DNA of 47,814 nucleotides from an uncultured Clostridia bacterium (GTDB lineage Bacteria > Bacillota > Clostridia > Christensenellales > UBA3700): assembly GCA_947175555.1 (NCBI GenBank), contig CAMWNK010000005.1:1-47814 (forward strand). Direction: 5' to 3'. Made by a program: the position numbers and the translations under genes. Shown here piece by piece: positions 40,587 through 47,814 of the stretch (position 1 is the stretch's first letter; each line of letters starts with the position of its first letter). Below the pieces are notes generated by a model. The model searched no databases, was not told the DNA's origin, and saw only the letters and a program-made list of their open reading frames with translations.

Positions 40587-42329
40587 ATGGCAACGATTAA
40601 TATAAAGATTAATAATAGAGATTATACCGTAGAAAGCGGCACCACAATACTTGACGCGTGCCGTCAGGCAGGCATCAAAATACCCACGCTTTGCTATCTG
40701 GAGAAGATTAATTGCATAGGCGCGTGCAGGGTATGCGTAGTAGAGGTCAAGGGCGCAAGGTCGCTTGTCGCCGCGTGCACATATCCCTTGGACAGAGAGG
40801 GTACGGAGATTTTCACCAATACGCCCAAGGTTATCGAGAGCCGTAAGACTACAGTGGAGCTGCTGTTGTCCGACCACGAACAGAAGTGTCTCAGCTGCGA
40901 CCGCAATACCAATTGCGAGCTCCAGACCTTAGCTTACGAGCTGGGTTGCGACGCATCCAAGTTCGCAGGAGAGAGAAATGTATGCGAGAAGGACGAGTCG
41001 TCCGTATGCTTTGTAAGAGATAACAGCAAGTGTATTCTGTGCCGCCGCTGCGTCGCGGTATGCGATAAGATACAGTCCGTAAGCGTTATCGGCGCCAACA
41101 ATCGCGGTTTCGATACTCAGATAGGTTGCGCTTTCGAGAAGGACATTGCGCAGACTTCGTGCGTAGGTTGCGGTCAGTGCGTAGTCAACTGTCCCACGGG
41201 CGCGCTTGTGGAAAGAGACGAAACTCCCGCCGTATTGGCAGCTCTTGCCGATCCTACTAAGCACGTCGTCGTAGGCACCGCGCCTTCCGTAAGAGTTGCG
41301 CTTGGCGAGGAATTCGGAAATCCCATCGGCACCGATACCGAGGGCAAGATGGTAGCGGCATTGAGACGCATTGGATTCGATAAAGTATTCGACGTTGACT
41401 TTGCGGCAGATCTTACGATAATGGAAGAGGGCTTTGAGCTGCTGGATAGACTGAATAACGGCGGCGTATTGCCCATGATTACGTCTTGCTCGCCTGCATG
41501 GGTTAAGTTCTGCGAGATGAATTATCCCAAGCAGATAGGACACTTGTCTACCGCTAAGTCTCCTCAGCAGATGTTCGGCGCGTCGGTCAAGACTTATTAT
41601 GCCGAAAAGATGAATATCGATCCTAAGGATATCTTTGTAGTATCCGTTATGCCTTGCATAGCCAAGAAATTCGAAAAGACGCGTCCCAATCAGAACGCGG
41701 CAGGCGTACCCGATATAGACGCGGTGCTTACCACGAGAGAGCTCGCAAGGCTTATCAAGAAGCAAGGCATTGTATATAATTCGCTGCCTGACGAGCAGTT
41801 CGACGCGCCTTTGGGCGTATCGACAGGCGCGGGCGTGATATTCGGCGCGACCGGCGGCGTTATGGAGGCTGCGCTGCGTACTGTGGCGGATCTCGTCGAG
41901 GGCAAGGAGCTTACCGACGTAGATTATCACGACGTAAGAGGTCAGCAAGGCATCAAGAGCGCGACGCTTACTTTGGGCGGCAAGGAAATCAAGATTGCGG
42001 TTGCAAGCTCGCTTGCCAACGCGCGCGTCCTTATGGATGAGATTAAGGCGGGCAAGAGCCCTTATCAGTTTATCGAGGTCATGTCTTGTCCCGGCGGCTG
42101 CGTCAACGGAGGCGGACAGCCCATCCATGACGCCGATACCAGACGCAACGTAGATATACCTGCGCTCAGAGCTAAGGCGATATACGACAATGACAGCGCG
42201 TGCGCTTATCGTAAGAGCTATAAGAACCCCGCTATAATGGCGATATACGACGAGTATCTCGGCAAGCCCAACAGCCATAAAGCTCACGATATTCTTCACA
42301 CTAAGTATATCGAGAGAGGTCTTAAGTAA
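40587..42329 (+). CDS. hydA: [FeFe]-hydrogenase catalytic subunit (HydA/HndD)
   Basis: H-cluster motifs TSCSPAW, MPCIAKKFE, EVMSCPGGCVNGGGQP; N-terminal [2Fe-2S], His-ligated [4Fe-4S] and 2x[4Fe-4S]; start 40587 behind AAGGAG. Confidence 0.96.
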   Translation: MATINIKINNRDYTVESGTTILDACRQAGIKIPTLCYLEKINCIGACRVCVVEVKGARSLVAACTYPLDREGTEIFTNTPKVIESRKTTVELLLSDHEQKCLSCDRNTNCELQTLAYELGCDASKFAGERNVCEKDESSVCFVRDNSKCILCRRCVAVCDKIQSVSVIGANNRGFDTQIGCAFEKDIAQTSCVGCGQCVVNCPTGALVERDETPAVLAALADPTKHVVVGTAPSVRVALGEEFGNPIGTDTEGKMVAALRRIGFDKVFDVDFAADLTIMEEGFELLDRLNNGGVLPMITSCSPAWVKFCEMNYPKQIGHLSTAKSPQQMFGASVKTYYAEKMNIDPKDIFVVSVMPCIAKKFEKTRPNQNAAGVPDIDAVLTTRELARLIKKQGIVYNSLPDEQFDAPLGVSTGAGVIFGATGGVMEAALRTVADLVEGKELTDVDYHDVRGQQGIKSATLTLGGKEIKIAVASSLANARVLMDEIKAGKSPYQFIEVMSCPGGCVNGGGQPIHDADTRRNVDIPALRAKAIYDNDSACAYRKSYKNPAIMAIYDEYLGKPNSHKAHDILHTKYIERGLK

Positions 42330-42351
42330 TTTATATTTACTTTAGTTAGTT

Positions 42352-42389
42352 GCGGGCGGCTGCACTCGGTGCGGTCGCTCGTTTTTTTT
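42352..42389 (+). terminator. intrinsic terminator after hydA
   Basis: GCGGGCGGCTGCAC-TCG-GTGCGGTCGCTCGT followed by a T run. Confidence 0.8.
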
Positions 42390-42523
42390 GTCAATGCAGG
42401 CGGGCGGCAAGAAGTATTTTTTTGTCATGATTATTAATTTTATAAATGCGTATTATAGACTTTTTAATCTCGTTTTTGTATAATTTATACGGTTGCGGCG
42501 ATATGCCGCATAAGGAGAAATAG

Positions 42524-43507
42524 ATGATAAGAATAGGTATAATGGGGTACGGTAATCTCGGCAGAGGTGTGGAGGCGGCTATAGCGCATAATCCCGACAT
42601 GCAGCTTGCAGCCGTATTTACAAGACGTAGTCCCGAAGATCTCAAGATATCGACTCAAGGCGTACCCGTGTATAATTGCTCCGACGCCAAGGCGCACAAA
42701 GATGAAATAGACGTACTCATTTTATGCGGCGGCAGCGCTACGGATTTGCCTAAGCAGACTCCCGAATATATACAGTATTTCAATGTGGTGGACAGCTTCG
42801 ATACTCACGCTAATATTCCCGAGCATTTCGACGCGGTCAACGCGGGCGGCATCGCGAGCGGCAAGCTGGGATTGATAAGTTGCGGTTGGGACCCCGGGAT
42901 GTTCTCGCTGAACCGTGTATATGCCTCTTCCGTATTGCCCGATTGCACTACCTATACTTTCTGGGGTAAGGGCGTAAGTCAAGGACATTCCGACGCTATA
43001 CGCAGGATTGAGGGCGTCAAAGACGCAAGACAGTACACCGTGCCCGTAAGCGAGGCTTTGGACAGAGTGCGCAGCGGGGAAAATCCTCAGCTTAGCACAA
43101 GGCAGAAGCATACAAGAGAGTGCTTCGTAGTAGCTCAAGAGGGCGCGGATAAAGCGCGTATCGAGAAAGAGATAGTAACTATGCCCAATTACTTTGCCGA
43201 TTACGACACGACAGTCCATTTTATATCCGAGCAGGAGCTTAAGGAAAAGCATAGCGGAATACCTCACGGCGGCTTTGTAATATCCGGCGGTAAGACGGGA
43301 CTTAGCGGCGAGTACAATAACGTAATAGAGTATTCGCTCAAGCTCGATTCCAATCCCGCATTCACCTCTTCCGTACTGATAGCATATGCAAGAGCCGTCT
43401 ATCGCATGAGCAAAGACGGGAAGAAAGGCTGTATTACGGTGCTCGACGTGCCGCCTGCATATATTTCTCCGCTCAGCCCCGAGCAGTTGCGCAAGAGTAT
43501 GCTGTAA
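42524..43507 (+). CDS. ddh: meso-diaminopimelate dehydrogenase
   Basis: GYGNLGRG, CGGSATDLP, DSFDTH, GWDPGMFS, TFWGKGVSQGHSDAIRR, SNPAFTS. Confidence 0.96.
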   Translation: MIRIGIMGYGNLGRGVEAAIAHNPDMQLAAVFTRRSPEDLKISTQGVPVYNCSDAKAHKDEIDVLILCGGSATDLPKQTPEYIQYFNVVDSFDTHANIPEHFDAVNAGGIASGKLGLISCGWDPGMFSLNRVYASSVLPDCTTYTFWGKGVSQGHSDAIRRIEGVKDARQYTVPVSEALDRVRSGENPQLSTRQKHTRECFVVAQEGADKARIEKEIVTMPNYFADYDTTVHFISEQELKEKHSGIPHGGFVISGGKTGLSGEYNNVIEYSLKLDSNPAFTSSVLIAYARAVYRMSKDGKKGCITVLDVPPAYISPLSPEQLRKSML

Positions 43508-43570
43508 TGCTAACTGCGCGTCTCTTGACAGCGCGCAATCGGCGGTGATATAGTTAATTATAATAATAAA

Positions 43571-43612
43571 AGACAGTTCGTTAGTGCCATCCTGTCTATA
43601 AACAAAACCAGG
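43571..43612 (+). ncRNA. preQ1-I riboswitch (type I-like loop)
   Basis: AGACAG-TTCG...CCATC-CTGTCT stem-loop followed by A-rich ATAAACAAAACCAGG, directly upstream of queD and downstream of TTGACA(43525)/TATAGT(43549). Confidence 0.88.
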
Positions 43613-43631
43613 ACATGTACATGATATTTTT

Positions 43632-43668
43632 ATGTGCGAAGTCTTGGCGGCTTCGCACATTTTTATTT
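43632..43668 (+). terminator. riboswitch-associated intrinsic terminator
   Basis: ATGTGCGAAGTC-TTGGC-GGCTTCGCACAT followed by TTTTATTT. Confidence 0.8.
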
Positions 43669-43704
43669 GCGATAAGGCGCTAATGAGCTTACGGTAGGCT
43701 AAAT

Positions 43705-44124
43705 ATGTATATTATCAAGACGACAGCTCGGTTCGACAGCGCGCATTTTCTCAAGGGATACAGCGGAAAATGCTCTAACTTGCACGGACACAGATGGAGT
43801 ATAGAGGCGGAGATTGCAAGCGAGAGCTTGATTGAGCAAGGCGGTCTCAACGGAATGGTGGCGGACTTTTCCGACGTCAAGCATGATTTGAGGGCTATTG
43901 CCAATACTTTCGACCACGCGCTTATATACGAGAAAGATTCGCTAAGGACCGATACTTTAAGCGCGCTGCAGGCGGAGGGATTCAAGTTGATTGAGCTCGA
44001 TTATCCGCCTACGGCAGAAAATCTTGCGCGTTGCTTTTACAATCTCATGAAAGATAAAGGCTATCGCATGTATCGCATGACGGTGTATGAAACGCCTGAT
44101 AACTGCGCTGTATATACGGAGTGA
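43705..44124 (+). CDS. queD: 6-carboxy-5,6,7,8-tetrahydropterin synthase
   Basis: FDSAHFL, CSNLHGHRW, DF, FDH, PTAENLA, VYETP. Confidence 0.93.
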   Translation: MYIIKTTARFDSAHFLKGYSGKCSNLHGHRWSIEAEIASESLIEQGGLNGMVADFSDVKHDLRAIANTFDHALIYEKDSLRTDTLSALQAEGFKLIELDYPPTAENLARCFYNLMKDKGYRMYRMTVYETPDNCAVYTE

Positions 44125-44127
44125 ACC

Positions 44128-44796
44128 ATGCCTGAGTACAAAGTAGCGGAGATTTTTACAAGCATCAACGGCGAGGGCAAGAGAGCGGGACAGATAGCGC
44201 ACTTCATACGCTTTTGCGGTTGCAATCTCGCTTGCGGTTACTGCGATACCAAGTGGGCTAACGTGTCAGACGCTCCGTTTACGTCGATGACGGAGAGGGA
44301 GATTGCAGATATCGTTGACGCCGCAGGTATAAGCAATATTACCGTAACGGGCGGCGAGCCGCTTATTCAGCCCGATATAATCGAATTATTGAGCGTATTG
44401 AGGAAAGACGGTAGATATATCGAGATAGAGACCAACGGCGCGGTTAAGGTCGACGAAGTTATCGCAATGGGCAATAGCCGTCCGTCCTTGACAATGGATT
44501 ATAAATTGCCCTCAAGCGGTATGGAAAGATATATGATTGAGAGTAATTTGGACTTGCTCGATGACCGCGATACAATCAAATTCGTTGCTGGCGATACTGC
44601 AGATTTGAGAAGAGCTAAAGAGGTCATAGAAGGATACGCTCTTATTGGCAGAGTTGCCGTATATATCGGCACGGTATTCGGGAGACTGCGCCCCGATGAG
44701 GTCGTAAGGTTTATGCTCGACAATGCAATGAACGGCGTGAATCTACAGTTGCAGATGCACAAATATATCTGGGATGAGAATGCAAGAGGAGTATAA
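44128..44796 (+). CDS. queE: 7-carboxy-7-deazaguanine synthase (radical SAM)
   Basis: EIFTSINGEG, CNLACGYCDT, TGGEP, IETNG, QMHKYIW. Confidence 0.93.
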   Translation: MPEYKVAEIFTSINGEGKRAGQIAHFIRFCGCNLACGYCDTKWANVSDAPFTSMTEREIADIVDAAGISNITVTGGEPLIQPDIIELLSVLRKDGRYIEIETNGAVKVDEVIAMGNSRPSLTMDYKLPSSGMERYMIESNLDLLDDRDTIKFVAGDTADLRRAKEVIEGYALIGRVAVYIGTVFGRLRPDEVVRFMLDNAMNGVNLQLQMHKYIWDENARGV

Positions 44797-44803
44797 CTTA
44801 TAA

Positions 44804-45496
44804 ATGAAAGCACTGGTATTATTGAGCGGGGGTATAGACAGCACGACTGCGCTTGCGTCGGCAATAGAGACGTACGGCAGGGATAATGTGGTTGCGTTAT
44901 CGATGTCGTACGGACAGAAGCATATCAACGAGCTTAAGGCGTCCGAGCGCATTGCCTCGTATTACGGCATAGAGCATATCAATGCGGATTTGTCGCAGAT
45001 TTTCAGCTATAGCGACTGTGCCTTGCTCTCTCGCTCCGAGGCGGAAATTCCTCACGAGAGTTATGCAAGTCAGCTCGAGACGTCGGACGGCAAACCCGTG
45101 TCCACATACGTGCCTTTTCGCAACGGACTGTTCATTTCCGTTGCCGCAAGCATTGCGCTTTCTAAAGGTTGCGACGTCATCTTTTACGGCGCGCACGCCG
45201 ATGACGCGGCAGGCAGCGCGTATCCCGACTGCTCGGTTGAGTTTAACGACGCTATGTCTAAAGCGGTATACGAAGGCAGCGGAAAACAGTTGAGAGTATG
45301 CGCGCCGTTCGTCGGCAAGAGCAAGGCGGAGATAGTGAGCATAGGATTGCGATTGCAAGTGCCTTACAACCTCACGGTAAGCTGCTATGAGGGCGGCGAT
45401 ACGGCATGCGGCGTATGCGGTACTTGCAGAGACAGGCTGGCGGCGTTCAAAGCCAACGGCGTCAAGGACACTATCAGATATAAGGAGAATCGATAA
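44804..45496 (+). CDS. queC: 7-cyano-7-deazaguanine synthase
   Basis: SGGIDS, YGQKH, TYVPFRN, YPDC, SCY..CGVCGTC. Confidence 0.95.
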   Translation: MKALVLLSGGIDSTTALASAIETYGRDNVVALSMSYGQKHINELKASERIASYYGIEHINADLSQIFSYSDCALLSRSEAEIPHESYASQLETSDGKPVSTYVPFRNGLFISVAASIALSKGCDVIFYGAHADDAAGSAYPDCSVEFNDAMSKAVYEGSGKQLRVCAPFVGKSKAEIVSIGLRLQVPYNLTVSCYEGGDTACGVCGTCRDRLAAFKANGVKDTIRYKENR

Positions 45497-45993
45497 TGAA
45501 AAGCAATAACGACAGGCATGACGAAGGCTTGACTTTACTTGGCAATAAAAAGACAGAGTATATCACCGATTACTGTCCCGAAGTGCTTGAGACTTTCGTC
45601 AATAGGCATACGGACAACGATTATTTTGTCAAGTTCAACTGTCCGGAATTCACATCGCTGTGTCCTATTACGGGGCAGCCCGACTTCGCTACGGTGTATA
45701 TATCATATGTGCCCGATATCAAGATGATAGAGAGCAAGTCATTGAAGTTGTATCTGTACGGCTTCCGCAATCACGGCGATTTTCATGAGGACTGTATCAA
45801 TAAGATTATGAAAGATATTATAGCCGTCGCAGATCCCAAGTTTATCGAGGTGTGGGGCAAGTTTATGCCCAGGGGCGGCATATCCATCGATCCTTATTGC
45901 AATTACGGCAGGAAGGGAAGCGTATGGGAGTCGATTGCTTTAGAAAGATTGTCTAAGCATGATTTATATCCCGAGAGAGTAGACAATAGGTAA
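45496..45993 (+). CDS. queF: preQ0 reductase (unimodular QueF)
   Basis: [33 protein letters not shown]. Confidence 0.96.
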   Translation: MKSNNDRHDEGLTLLGNKKTEYITDYCPEVLETFVNRHTDNDYFVKFNCPEFTSLCPITGQPDFATVYISYVPDIKMIESKSLKLYLYGFRNHGDFHEDCINKIMKDIIAVADPKFIEVWGKFMPRGGISIDPYCNYGRKGSVWESIALERLSKHDLYPERVDNR

Positions 45994-46017
45994 CAGGCAG
46001 GCATTTGCTTTGATTAT

Positions 46018-46048
46018 TGCCGCGTTTGAATAAGAGCGCGGCATTTTT
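46018..46048 (+). terminator. intrinsic terminator after queF
   Basis: TGCCGCG...CGCGGCA followed by TTTTT. Confidence 0.65.
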
Positions 46049-46120
46049 GTTGCAATTAGTAGCAGGCGGCAAGCACGTTTTTATGCGCCGAAAATCACGC
46101 TGCATACACGTAAATTCATA

Positions 46121-46148
46121 CACGGCTTTATGCCGATATTCATACAAT
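46121..46148 (+). promoter_or_regulatory. putative mother-cell sigma-K/sigma-E-type promoter
   Basis: AC-N17-CATACAAT; ATG 5 nt after the -10 with no SD. Confidence 0.5.
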
Positions 46149-46153
46149 GTAAC

Positions 46154-47227
46154 ATGAAAGTCTGCGTATATGCTATAGCAAAAAACGAAAGCAAATTCGT
46201 AACTCGCTGGGTTAATTCCATGCGCGAAGCGGATGAGATAACGGTGCTTGATACCGGCTCCGACGACGATACGGTAAAGCTGCTTCAAGAATGCGGCGTG
46301 CGTGTCGAGAGCGCGGTACTGCGACCGTTCAGATTCGATAAGGCGCGCAATATGGCCCTCGATATGGTGGCAGACGATGCCGATATTTGCGTATGTACCG
46401 ACTTGGACGAGGTATTTGTCCCCGGATGGCGAGCCGCAATGGAAAAGGCATGGCGCGATGGCGTAAAGACGCTTAAATACAGATACACTTGGAGCTTTTC
46501 GGAAGACGGAAGGGAAGGGTACGTGTTTTGGATAGGCAAGACGCATGCTCGGCACGGATTTAGGTGGGTGCATCCCGTGCACGAGGTGCTCGAGTACGAA
46601 TGCGGTCAGCCTCCTCAAGCCTATGCCGTAGGCGTACAGCTCAATCATTATCCCGATGCGTCCAAGTCGAGGGGCAGTTATCTGCCTTTGCTCGAGCTGT
46701 CGGTTGAAGAGAGACCTTACGACGATCGCAACGTGCACTATCTGGGCAGAGAGTATATGTACTACGGCATGTATGATAAGGCGATAGAGACGCTCAAGAG
46801 GCATTTGACGCTGCCTTCTGCCACGTGGGCTGACGAGCGTGCAGCGTCTATGAGATATATTTCGCGTTGTTATCTTGCGCTCGGCAATATGGAGGAAGGA
46901 GAAAAATTCGCGTTGCGCGCCGCAGCCGAAGCCCCTTATACCAGAGAGTCGTGGGTGGATGCCGCTAAAATGTATATCACGCTTAAAGATTGGTACGGCG
47001 TTTGCTTTTGCGCAAGTAAGGCGTTAGCGATAAAAGATCGCTCAATGTCGTATATAAACGAGCCCGATGCGTGGGGATATTCGCCTTATGACTGCCTATC
47101 GGTGGCATTATATTATCTCGGCGATTATAAGTCGGCGCTCGATGCGGTCGATAAAGCCATATCGTTGAGTCCAAACAATGCGCGTCTTGTCGACAATCGC
47201 AGATTGATTGCGGATAAATTGAATTGA
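46154..47227 (+). CDS. GT2 glycosyltransferase with C-terminal TPR repeats
   Basis: [30 protein letters not shown]; TPR-like helical repeats; start set at MKVCV. Confidence 0.9.
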   Translation: MKVCVYAIAKNESKFVTRWVNSMREADEITVLDTGSDDDTVKLLQECGVRVESAVLRPFRFDKARNMALDMVADDADICVCTDLDEVFVPGWRAAMEKAWRDGVKTLKYRYTWSFSEDGREGYVFWIGKTHARHGFRWVHPVHEVLEYECGQPPQAYAVGVQLNHYPDASKSRGSYLPLLELSVEERPYDDRNVHYLGREYMYYGMYDKAIETLKRHLTLPSATWADERAASMRYISRCYLALGNMEEGEKFALRAAAEAPYTRESWVDAAKMYITLKDWYGVCFCASKALAIKDRSMSYINEPDAWGYSPYDCLSVALYYLGDYKSALDAVDKAISLSPNNARLVDNRRLIADKLN

Positions 47228-47252
47228 TTCGCTTATATTTTCGGAGGAAATA

Positions 47253-47814
47253 ATGTCAGATAACAGATGTAATAACGGATGCGGAAATTTTCCTAATCGT
47301 TGTAATTGCAATAGAGATCCTGTGTGTATGTGCGGAGCGTGGCGCGGACCTACAGGACCTACCGGTCCTACAGGCCCGCGTGGCTTAAGCATATCTATTG
47401 CAGGCCCGACCGGTCCTACCGGTCCTATCGGACCAATGGGCCCTGTCGGAGCAACGGGTGCTACGGGCGCCACGGGTGCAACAGGCGCCACGGGTGCAAC
47501 AGGCGCGCAAGGTCCAATCGGTCCCACGGGTCCTACAGGTCCGGTAGGAGCAACGGGAGCAACCGGTGCCACGGGTGCAACAGGCGTACAAGGTCCAATC
47601 GGTCCCACGGGTCCTACAGGTGCGCAAGGACCTACCGGTCCCACCGGACCAATCGGTCCTATAGGAGCGACAGGTGCAACAGGTGCGCAAGGACCTACCG
47701 GTCCTACAGGCCCCGCAGGCCCGGCAGGCGCAACGGGAGCTACGGGTGCAGCAGGCGCTGCAGGCGCAGAAGGCCCTACCGGTCCCACCGGTCCTACAGG
47801 TCCCGCAGGCCCGG
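47253..47814 (+). CDS. BclA-like collagen-like protein (partial, runs off the window end)
   Basis: RBS GGAGG at 47243; [31 protein letters not shown] followed by GPT/GAT triplets with no stop; missing from the ORF track. Confidence 0.9.
   Translation, partial: MSDNRCNNGCGNFPNRCNCNRDPVCMCGAWRGPTGPTGPTGPRGLSISIAGPTGPTGPIGPMGPVGATGATGATGATGATGATGAQGPIGPTGPTGPVGATGATGATGATGVQGPIGPTGPTGAQGPTGPTGPIGPIGATGATGAQGPTGPTGPAGPAGATGATGAAGAAGAEGPTGPTGPTGPAGP

Noticed and set aside
43705-45993. queDECF as a 7-deazaguanine DNA modification (dpd) system
   Set aside because: No dpdA/tgt-like gene nearby; queF and a preQ1 riboswitch indicate ordinary queuosine precursor synthesis
47108-47788. Minus-strand GPV/APV repeat ORF
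   Set aside because: Antisense mirror of the plus-strand collagen gene, which has the RBS and the continuous Gly-X-Y frame

Overview
Chromosomal window from an anaerobic, probably spore-forming member of the Clostridia (inferred from gene content; no taxonomy was computed). It has no integrase, transposase, CRISPR-cas, rRNA or tRNA that I can support. In order: rlmD; two unannotated small ORFs; an XRE / TM2 / DUF2752 module; asnA-GSIII; nitroreductase; a TetR-ABC exporter; a 12-kb glutamine/nitrogen cluster (split glutamate synthase, guaA, short GS-I-like gene, ANTAR regulator, purF, carA without carB, pyrG, dapL); PHP-whiA-dnaE; ATP- and PPi-type phosphofructokinases; a GtrA-like membrane protein fused to a ribosomal L7/L12 C-terminal domain; a DUF4874/4832-like lipoprotein; DUF1846; a CoA-transferase; a group A3-type [FeFe]-hydrogenase operon lacking hydC; ddh; a preQ1 riboswitch with queDECF; and a GT2-TPR glycosyltransferase followed by a BclA-like collagen gene cut by the window end. 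The strongest system-level signal is a local RNA-based nitrogen regulon. Three leaders (asnA-GSIII, glutamate synthase, carA-pyrG-dapL) each carry a single AC-AAMGGC-GT hexaloop hairpin overlapping an intrinsic terminator. The likely cognate ANTAR protein has a non-phosphorylatable pseudo-receiver and is encoded right behind an atypical, C-terminally short GS-I-like protein that may be its sensor. All calls come from reading the sequence and from family knowledge; no searches were run.
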